In this document: positions 16,703 through 23,482 of the stretch, one piece after another
Layout: the number at the start of each line of letters is the position of its first letter
Numbering within the stretch: position 1 is the stretch's first letter
Assembly (NCBI GenBank): GCA_964658025.1
Contig: CAZZXB010000018.1
Coordinates: forward strand, 5,936-29,417
Direction of reading: 5' to 3'
Origin: an uncultured Janthinobacterium sp.
GTDB taxonomy: Bacteria; Vulcanimicrobiota; Vulcanimicrobiia; Vulcanimicrobiales; Vulcanimicrobiaceae
Length of the DNA stretch: 23,482 nt
Notes under the pieces: generated by a model
Told to the model about the DNA's origin: nothing
Database searches by the model: none
What the model saw: only the letters and a program-made list of their open reading frames with translations
Made by a program: the position numbers and the translations under genes

Positions 16703-18535
16703 ATGACCCGTCGAGCTTGGATCCGTCCGACGTCCATCGTTTGCTTCGCGCTCGCGACGCTCTCTCTCGATGCGGTTTCGATCGGCGTCTCCGCGCAAAC
16801 GCACGACATCAGCGATGCTTCGCGTCGACTCGATACGTACGTCGCGAAAGATTGCTCGTCGGCGGAATCGGACGGAGATACGCGGGCGCTCGGCGCCGCG
16901 GCAATCTACCAGCTCGCGTTTCACGACGACGCGGACGCGGCCGAGCGACTCCTGGCAAAACAGGCGCGAGGCCAGATCCTCGACCAATCCTCACCGCGCT
17001 ACGGAGCGATCGTCGATCCGCGAAACCCGACCGATCCCAACGACACGGTATTCGGCGCGCAACCCTGGGCGCCCATCCTCTTACGTTACGCGAATCGTCT
17101 CTCGCCGGGCGCCCTCCGCGCATTGCGTCAACACGCGAGCGCCGCACTCGCGTATTTTCAAAAGCATCCGGTCTCCGTCAGCTACACGAACATCCATCTC
17201 TTGACGAGTTCGGAGGAAGTGCTTCTCGGGGACGTATTCTCCGACGCGACCGCGCAGCGGCGGGGCATGGCCGGACTCACGCAGTGGATCGCCGCCGTTC
17301 GAAAGGACGGCATTCACGAATTCGAGAGCCCGACGTACTTTACGGTCGACATCGACGCCCTACACGAGGGCGCGATCTTCGCCACCGATGCCGAGCAGCG
17401 CGCGCAATTCGCTAAAGCACTCGACTATCTCTGGAAGGAGATCGCCGCCAATCTCTTCGTTCCGAAGGCGCGGATCGTCGGCGGCGAGAGTCGCTCGTAC
17501 GATATGCTCTACGGAAGCGACGCTCCGATGGAAGTCAAGCTCCGCTACGCCGGATTCGATGCCGAGGTTCACGATCCGGCGGGTTTGCGTTGCCTCGACA
17601 CGTTTTCCGTGCTTCAAGACGCCGGATCGTATGCCGTTTCGGACGGTATTCGCGCGCTCGCGAGCAAGACGCCGCGCGTCGTGGAGCAACGTTGGGCGGA
17701 CGATCCGGCGGCGACCAAGTACGGCTACGTGACCGACGCATACGCGATCGGGAGTTCGAACGAAGACTACAATCAGACCGATCGCATCGCTTCGATCGAT
17801 TTCGCGGCTCGCGATCGCCGCCTCGTTCCGATTCGCGTCCTCGCCGACAAGACGGGTTTTTGGTATGGTCCGACGCCCGGCACGCAGCGCGACGGTGAAG
17901 CTCGCTGGAATCACGTTTTGACGCGACCGGCGACGGTGCAGTTCAAGAATTGGCTCGTCGTCTTGACCGATCTCGACGGCGGCGCTCCGGCGGACGGCGG
18001 CCCCTTGACGCTCGATCTGTTGTTACCGGCGGCGAACGACGGCATCTCGGTCTCGGGAAAATCGACGACGATCGACGCGGCGACGAGCCGTCGACTGGCC
18101 ACGGGCGACGTGGTCGCCGTCAAGGAGGGTTCGTCGATCGCCGTCGCGCGCATCGCCCGTGCGGACGCGTCATCGGGAGGGGCCGCACCGCTCTCGCTCG
18201 ATACGACGGATGCGGCCGCGGCGGTCGGAGCGCTCCGCATCTCCGCCGACGAAGCGCCGACGCTTCCATCGGCGGCGAGAGACCTGCGCTCGATCGTGCT
18301 GTTGGGCGTCGACTCGGGAACGAACGCCGCGACGATCGCCGCCACCTTCGCCAATGCCCGCGTGACCTCGAGCGACGCCGGAACGCTGTGGAACGTCGAC
18401 GTCGCGATCGGCTCGCATCGCCTCGACGTCACGTACGATCTCGCCACGCACAAAAGCGTGAGGCGTTCGATCGACGGCGTACCCGTCGTCGTCTCGCATC
18501 CGTTTTCGATCGACGGTTCGCCGATCGAGCCGTAA
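16703..18535 (+). CDS. Secreted protein, possibly heparinase II/III-like or another alpha-toroid plus beta-sandwich carbohydrate-active protein
   Basis: GGAGG at 16693-16697 before ATG 16703. Signal peptide MTRRAWIR...VSA. Helical N-half with YTNIHLL and GIHEFESPTY motifs, beta-rich C-half. Function is inference. Confidence 0.65.
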   Translation: MTRRAWIRPTSIVCFALATLSLDAVSIGVSAQTHDISDASRRLDTYVAKDCSSAESDGDTRALGAAAIYQLAFHDDADAAERLLAKQARGQILDQSSPRYGAIVDPRNPTDPNDTVFGAQPWAPILLRYANRLSPGALRALRQHASAALAYFQKHPVSVSYTNIHLLTSSEEVLLGDVFSDATAQRRGMAGLTQWIAAVRKDGIHEFESPTYFTVDIDALHEGAIFATDAEQRAQFAKALDYLWKEIAANLFVPKARIVGGESRSYDMLYGSDAPMEVKLRYAGFDAEVHDPAGLRCLDTFSVLQDAGSYAVSDGIRALASKTPRVVEQRWADDPAATKYGYVTDAYAIGSSNEDYNQTDRIASIDFAARDRRLVPIRVLADKTGFWYGPTPGTQRDGEARWNHVLTRPATVQFKNWLVVLTDLDGGAPADGGPLTLDLLLPAANDGISVSGKSTTIDAATSRRLATGDVVAVKEGSSIAVARIARADASSGGAAPLSLDTTDAAAAVGALRISADEAPTLPSAARDLRSIVLLGVDSGTNAATIAATFANARVTSSDAGTLWNVDVAIGSHRLDVTYDLATHKSVRRSIDGVPVVVSHPFSIDGSPIEP

Positions 18536-18577
18536 CGACCGCAAGGGTAAAGCGCCGAAAGGCGCGTAGCGCGAGCT

Positions 18578-18769
18578 ATGGACGATCACGGCGAGATTCC
18601 CGGCGCACGAGACGCGAGCGACGTCCTACGCGGCGATCCGTTCGCGCGACTCGTCGGGCTGCGCATCGAGCGGCCGATGGTCGTCGGAGGGATGATATTC
18701 GCCCTGATCGTCCTCGCGATCGTCCTCGCTCCGAGCACCGGTTCGCGCTTCATCTACACCGATTTCTGA
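18578..18769 (+). CDS. DltX-like small membrane protein with a C-terminal FIYxxF acyl-shuttle motif
   Basis: 63 aa with a single TM (MVVGGMIFALIVLAIVLA), ending ...GSRFIYTDF-stop. Lies 1 nt upstream of an SGNH gene that is coupled to an MBOAT gene. Confidence 0.8.
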   Translation: MDDHGEIPGARDASDVLRGDPFARLVGLRIERPMVVGGMIFALIVLAIVLAPSTGSRFIYTDF

Positions 18770-18770
18770 C

Positions 18771-19766
18771 GTGTTCGCCGGTTCGGTCTTTCGGGCACTT
18801 TTTTTTGCCGCGGTCTCGCTCTTCGCGTTCGACCTGCTCTTCTACGCCGAATTTCCGCGCTTCGATCGCCTGCGATACAATTTCTCCAGCGCGTATCTAC
18901 GTCGGAGCCTCGCCGAAACGACCGGAACGAAGCCCGTCGTGTTTTTGGGCGATTCCGTCCTCTGGGGGTATGGCGTCTCCGAGTCGCAAGCGGCGGTAAC
19001 GATCGCGCGCGCGGCTCATCCCGACTGGAAGAATTACGCCTTCGCCGGCGGGAGTTGCGCGAACTCGCTCGCCCTACTCGAGCTCCTACTGCATTCGGGC
19101 GTTCGACCTCGACTCGTCGTGTTCAACGTCAACGAAAAGACCTTCAATTCCGAAGATAGCGCCTATCGGAAGCTCCACCCGGCCGTCGAGGAGCTCGCGG
19201 CCTCGCTCGTGCCGCCCGCGCTCGAGCGGCATCTCGAGCCGACGCTCGAAACCACGCTCGACGCTCGGACCGATCGAGCCATCTCGCGTTATTGGAGATT
19301 CTACGGAATGCGCGCGGACGTCCGCGACGCCGTCTTTCGAGACACCGATGCCGCGCACGCGACGCTCGATCTGGTCGAACGCTTCTCGGGAGCGGCCGCC
19401 TCGATCGACGCCATGCATCGCCCGACGCCCGACAAATTCGAAGGCACCTACGATATGAGTCCGATCGAGGACGACAACGTCGAGATGGTCGCGACGCGAG
19501 AACTTTCGCTGCTGCTTCGAAGCCGCAAGATTCCGAGCATCGCCGTGTTGACGCCGACGAATCATCGATTGCTTCACGACTATATCGATGTCCCGCAGTA
19601 TCGCGCTAATCTGACGTCGGTCTCTCGGACGCTTCGCAAGGACGGGGTCCACGTCCTCGATCTCGACGCGACGTTTCCGACGAGCGAATTCATCGACAAC
19701 GATCACCTGACCGTGGCGGGAAACCGCCGTCTCGCACGGATCCTCGAACGAGCCGTCGGAACGTGA
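18771..19766 (+). CDS. SGNH-superfamily (DltD-like) membrane-anchored acyltransferase
   Basis: N-terminal TM, block I VVFLGDSVLWG, C-terminal FIDNDHLTVAGN (DxxH). Overlaps the MBOAT start (GTGA). Confidence 0.8.
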   Translation: MFAGSVFRALFFAAVSLFAFDLLFYAEFPRFDRLRYNFSSAYLRRSLAETTGTKPVVFLGDSVLWGYGVSESQAAVTIARAAHPDWKNYAFAGGSCANSLALLELLLHSGVRPRLVVFNVNEKTFNSEDSAYRKLHPAVEELAASLVPPALERHLEPTLETTLDARTDRAISRYWRFYGMRADVRDAVFRDTDAAHATLDLVERFSGAAASIDAMHRPTPDKFEGTYDMSPIEDDNVEMVATRELSLLLRSRKIPSIAVLTPTNHRLLHDYIDVPQYRANLTSVSRTLRKDGVHVLDLDATFPTSEFIDNDHLTVAGNRRLARILERAVGT

Positions 19767-20956
19767 TCTTCAATACCTGGACCTTCGCATTATTCGGACT
19801 CAGCGTGTACGCCCTCTATTGGAAGGTCGTCCCGAAACGAGCGAGATCTCCGTTTCTCGCGATCGCGGGCATCGTATTCTACGCTTTTTCCGTTCCCGGC
19901 TACCTCGCGATCATCGCGGCGCTCGGGGCGATCACCTTCGGTGCCGGGACGGTGATGATCCGCGCGCACGGCACGTCGCGAGAGCGATCGATCCTCTTCG
20001 CGACCGTCTCCCTCATCGCGCTCGTGCTCGGTATTTTCAAATACTCGCATTTTTTCGCACTCACGGTAAATCAAATTGCGGCTCGAAACGTCTTACCGCT
20101 TCCCAACCTCGTCGTACCGCTGGCGATCTCGTTCTTTACGTTCGAATTCGTGCACGTGCTCGTCGACGTTCGCGCGGGGAAGATCCGAAAGCTCGATCCG
20201 CTAGATTTCGCGACCTTCACCCTTTTCTTTCCGACCCTCGTCGCCGGGCCGATCAAGCGCTACCAATCATTCGTGCCGCAACTCCATTCCGAAGCGGTTC
20301 CCAGCGTCGGCGAAAGCTTGCGGAATCTCTACCGTATCGCGCTCGGCACATTCAAGAAGATCGTCATCGCGGACTCGCTAACGCTGCTGACGCAGCCGCT
20401 GCTCTCAACGGGCGAGCCGTATCACCGACTCGATTATTGGGTCGCTTTCTTTGCGTACTCGGGAAAAATCTATTTCGATTTTACCGGCTACAGCGACATC
20501 GCGATCGGCGTCGCCGGCCTCTTGGGTTTCCGTATCCCGGAGAACTTCGACCGGCCCTATCGCTCGACGAATATCGCGGCGTTTTGGCGACGTTGGCATA
20601 TCTCGCTTTCCACCTGGATTCGCGATTATATCTTCATACCGCTCGGCGGAAGCCGACGGCCGGCCCCGATCGTCGCGCTGAACCTCTTCCTCGCCATGAC
20701 GCTCGCGGGTCTCTGGCACGGAGCGGCCTGGACCTTCGTCGTTTGGGGCCTCTGGCACGGGCTTGGGCTCGCCGCCCATCGGGTATGGGCCGCATCGGTC
20801 GTACCACGCGTTGCGTGGCTGCGAGACGGAGGTTCGATCGTGAGGATGGCGTCGGTCGGACTAACGTACGTATTCGTATGCGTCGGTTGGGTCGTTTTCG
20901 CAACGACTTCGCTTCCGCAAGCGTTCCGCGTTTATAGATTTATGCTCGCATCGTAG
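19763..20956 (+). CDS. MBOAT family O-acyltransferase (AlgI/DltB/PatA-like)
   Basis: PLAISFFTF, FFPTLVAGPI, IYFDFTGYSDIAIG, PENFDRPY, FWRRWHISLSTWIRDYIFIPLGG and GLWHGA (catalytic His). Confidence 0.95.
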   Translation: MIFNTWTFALFGLSVYALYWKVVPKRARSPFLAIAGIVFYAFSVPGYLAIIAALGAITFGAGTVMIRAHGTSRERSILFATVSLIALVLGIFKYSHFFALTVNQIAARNVLPLPNLVVPLAISFFTFEFVHVLVDVRAGKIRKLDPLDFATFTLFFPTLVAGPIKRYQSFVPQLHSEAVPSVGESLRNLYRIALGTFKKIVIADSLTLLTQPLLSTGEPYHRLDYWVAFFAYSGKIYFDFTGYSDIAIGVAGLLGFRIPENFDRPYRSTNIAAFWRRWHISLSTWIRDYIFIPLGGSRRPAPIVALNLFLAMTLAGLWHGAAWTFVVWGLWHGLGLAAHRVWAASVVPRVAWLRDGGSIVRMASVGLTYVFVCVGWVVFATTSLPQAFRVYRFMLAS

Positions 20957-20966
20957 GAGGAATTCT

Positions 20967-21434
20967 TTGCTAGCTCGCGCCTTCGTCGCCACGTTGTGCC
21001 TGACCGCGTTTTGTTTTTCCGTCGCTCGAGCGGACGAATCGCCGACCGGAAAAGTCGTGCTCGCGAAAGTGACGGGAGAGGCCGTCGCGCTGTACGATGC
21101 ATCTGCCGACGTCGCGGCGATCGTCAAGGACGGTTCGTCGACCGACGAAGCGAATCGTCGCCTGCAACGCGTCGCGCTCGCGGTCCTCGCAAAGGAGCTT
21201 CCCGAATTCAAGACGGCCAAATCGGCCGTGATTCGGGTGACGTACGCACGTAACGGCGACGTGAGCCCCGCCTACGGTTCGCCCACGTTCGCCGGGATCG
21301 AACGGTACGCGAACCTCAAATGCGACTTGGCGGACGCGCGCTCGGACAGAAGTGGATGGTCGACCGATTCGAGCGGGAAACTCCCGAGTTGGGCGACGTT
21401 CGAAATCGTGGGAGAACTCCCACCGAAATCATAG
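20967..21434 (+). CDS. Hypothetical secreted protein
   Basis: AGGAGG (20955-20960) overlaps the MBOAT stop, followed by TTG at 20967. Signal peptide ending ARA|DE. Confidence 0.75.
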   Translation: MLARAFVATLCLTAFCFSVARADESPTGKVVLAKVTGEAVALYDASADVAAIVKDGSSTDEANRRLQRVALAVLAKELPEFKTAKSAVIRVTYARNGDVSPAYGSPTFAGIERYANLKCDLADARSDRSGWSTDSSGKLPSWATFEIVGELPPKS

Positions 21435-21438
21435 ATCG

Positions 21439-23313
21439 TCATTTTGGCCTGACGAGATCCCACGGATGCATCTCTACGATACGGGCCGCGAGATGTTCGG
21501 CGACGAGGCGTCGACCCGCCGGCGATAGATGATAGTCCCACGAAGCGAAGGACGGGACTCGGTCGGACGCGCGAAACGCATCGAAAAACGCGGGCCATAG
21601 ATCCAGCGTCGGAACGCTCGACGCGTCGAGAATCCCCGCGATCTCGTCGTGATAGTATTGCGAACTCGCAGCCGAACTCGGTCGCGCGCTTACGTCGCCA
21701 CCCTTTCGAACGTGCAAGAATTCGCTCTCATCGGGAAAATCGGCGGCGCCCGGATGATTGAGAACCAAAAATGCAACGCCCGAGGCGCCGAGGAGCGTCT
21801 TCGTGCGAGTCAGGCCCGCACGCAGGTCCGCCTGCCAGCCGTTGGGGTAACCGGCACCGGCACGACGGTCACCGCCCATCTGACCGTACGTCGAAAGATC
21901 GAGCACGACCATGTCGACGTTTCCATCCGACAGTTCGTTGTCGATGAGACTGAGCGCCGCCGTCGTCGTCACGCCCGAACGCATCACCGGGTAGATTTTT
22001 ATGTGTCGTTTCGCGCCGAGCCGCCCCTCGAGCTTATCCTCGGTGATCCCACCGACCGAATCGTGCCAGCTCTGATTCCACCAAACGTAGGAATCCCCGA
22101 CGATCGCGATTCGATACTCGGCGGGATCGGGCTTCGACGGTAGTTCCGTCCCGAACGCGTGCGCCTCCAAGTGCGTGTGGTGGTCGTACGGAGAAAGTAT
22201 ACGGATACGACGGTTCCCGGTATCCGAGATCGCGAGCGATCCGTTCGCGGAGAGTGCGATGCCCATCGGCTCGTCGACCAGCGCTTCGTTACCGGGGCCG
22301 TCCCGATACGCACCACCATTCAACGACGCGTTCTCGTCGGGCACCGCGGTCAGCGCGCGCGAGTAGTTCCACGTGACGGTCCCTTCGAGTTCGCTTTGGC
22401 CCATGCGCACCGCGCTCGAAAACGGATCGACGAATGCAAAATCGAAGCCGTGGAACGCGGCGAGCGCCGCGACGGGTCCGAAATACGAAAGTCCCTCGTG
22501 AAGCGCGGATTCGCCATAGGGCGACCCGTAATCGTACGAGAGCTGTAGGGGAAATACGAGGTCCGTCGCGAGCGTACGCAGATCCAATCGGCGGACCTTG
22601 CTCGGAGATGCGACCAGCATTCGATCGGGATCGTCGGGAATCGACGCGAGCGCCGTTATGGAGCCGCCGTCCGGAACTTTGAGCGTGACGACGCGACCGG
22701 CGCGGTCGATTTTGCGGATCCCATTCGGTGGATCGGCGACGTAGACGTTCCCTTCGCCGTCCTTCGCGAGCGCGACCGGCAACGAAAAGCGCGCGTCGGT
22801 TCCGCTCCCGTCTTGCGTTCCCGAACCGGCTCCGCCGGCGACCGTCGATACCGTGCCGTCGCGGATGCGACGAATACAGTAATTATTGGTGTCGGCGACG
22901 AGAACGCTTCCGTCGTCCATGGCGAGCACGGCCGAAGGCATGTCGAAAAACGCCCGATCCGCCGGGCCGTCCCGATACCCCCCTCCGGCACCATCGCCGA
23001 GCCCCACGAGCGGCGCGGATCCCGCCAGCGTCTTGACGAATCCGCTCGGCGAGACCGACCGGATACGTTGGGCGTCGCGATCCGCGACGTAGAGCGTTCC
23101 ATCGCGACCGAACGACAGCCCGACGGGCGATATGAACGTCGCGCTTGCCCCGGGTCCGTCGCCGATACCTACCGCACCCGAACCGGCGAGCGTCGTGACG
23201 GTCGGCGCATCGGGGATCTCTCTACACGTCGCGGGAAGCGGGCGACAGATCCAACACAACGCAACAAAAAAGAATGAAAACCGAAGATGCATGGGCGGAC
23301 ATATCGCACGCAT
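21439..23313 (-). CDS. Secreted NHL-repeat beta-propeller fused to a C-terminal SGNH domain
   Basis: NHL repeats (TLAGSG...GDGPGASATF..P.G...DGTLYVAD; VLVADTNNYCIRRI; ISDTGNRRIR). SGNH block I RIAIVGDSY and terminal WDYHLSPAG. Start uncertain (23331, 23313 or 23292). Confidence 0.82.
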   Translation of the reverse strand: MRAICPPMHLRFSFFFVALCWICRPLPATCREIPDAPTVTTLAGSGAVGIGDGPGASATFISPVGLSFGRDGTLYVADRDAQRIRSVSPSGFVKTLAGSAPLVGLGDGAGGGYRDGPADRAFFDMPSAVLAMDDGSVLVADTNNYCIRRIRDGTVSTVAGGAGSGTQDGSGTDARFSLPVALAKDGEGNVYVADPPNGIRKIDRAGRVVTLKVPDGGSITALASIPDDPDRMLVASPSKVRRLDLRTLATDLVFPLQLSYDYGSPYGESALHEGLSYFGPVAALAAFHGFDFAFVDPFSSAVRMGQSELEGTVTWNYSRALTAVPDENASLNGGAYRDGPGNEALVDEPMGIALSANGSLAISDTGNRRIRILSPYDHHTHLEAHAFGTELPSKPDPAEYRIAIVGDSYVWWNQSWHDSVGGITEDKLEGRLGAKRHIKIYPVMRSGVTTTAALSLIDNELSDGNVDMVVLDLSTYGQMGGDRRAGAGYPNGWQADLRAGLTRTKTLLGASGVAFLVLNHPGAADFPDESEFLHVRKGGDVSARPSSAASSQYYHDEIAGILDASSVPTLDLWPAFFDAFRASDRVPSFASWDYHLSPAGRRLVAEHLAARIVEMHPWDLVRPK

Positions 23314-23354
23314 GTCGGCAAACCTTTCCACCGCATCGAACGTTTAGTCGAGTA

Positions 23355-23482
23355 TCAATAAATACTCGTGAATCCACGCTGCTCCGCGTGCATCTCTTCG
23401 AGCAAGGTCATCCACCGGATATTGTAGTAGCGCGGATCGCCGTAATCGTCCACCCGATCGAGCGGCAGCCGCCGGAGCATAT
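23355..23482 (-). CDS. C-terminal fragment of an upstream gene, possibly an NAD-dependent epimerase/dehydratase
   Basis: Open minus frame ...MLRRLPLDRVDDYGDPRYYNIRWMTLLEEMHAEQRGFTSIY-stop running off the window end. The product guess rests only on the DPRYYN tail. Confidence 0.5.
   Translation of the reverse strand, partial: MLRRLPLDRVDDYGDPRYYNIRWMTLLEEMHAEQRGFTSIY

Noticed and set aside
19763..20956. Naming the cassette dltB/dltD or algI/algJ outright
   Set aside because: No dltA/dltC or alginate genes are in the window and the substrate is unknown, so only family-level calls are supported.
23318..23346. ECF-like AAACC...CGTT pattern on the plus strand
   Set aside because: It points antisense to the local genes and is short enough to arise by chance.
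1..23482. CRISPR arrays, tRNA/rRNA, IS elements, prophage or defence genes
   Set aside because: No regularly spaced repeats, cloverleaf, transposase, integrase or nuclease motifs were seen, and intergenic gaps are all short (under about 150 nt). The frequent CGATCG/GTCGAC/CGCG words look like genome-wide composition bias.

Overview
GC-rich bacterial chromosomal window. The first 3.7 kb is core genome: the 3' part of a hypothetical protein gene, an intrinsic terminator, and a convergent dnaG-rpoD (primase, primary sigma factor) pair on the minus strand. From about 3.75 kb onward is a ~20 kb cell-envelope glycan biosynthesis and modification region. It contains a translationally coupled operon (TylF/MycF-type O-methyltransferase, GT4, GT2, GT4, a small membrane-anchored protein and a large polytopic GT-C-like protein), a YfhO/AftD-like membrane protein, a polyprenyl-phosphate glycosyltransferase (GT2), a PQQ-type beta-propeller lipoprotein, a class I methyltransferase and a secreted lyase-like protein. 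The most notable element is an acyl-transfer module: a 63-aa membrane micropeptide ending in FIYTDF (DltX-like tyrosine acyl-shuttle motif), an SGNH/DltD-like protein, a short MBOAT lacking its own C-terminal motif, and a secreted unknown. A convergent NHL-repeat/SGNH fusion follows, and no dltA or dltC is visible in the window. Other signals are an apparently duplicated extracytoplasmic domain, a probable AUU start codon, and a decayed GT4 remnant fused to the GT2. No rRNA, tRNA, CRISPR array or transposase was seen. The protein style is suggestive of Terrabacteria such as Eremiobacterota, but this is unverified. All family calls come from motif recognition by eye, not database searches.
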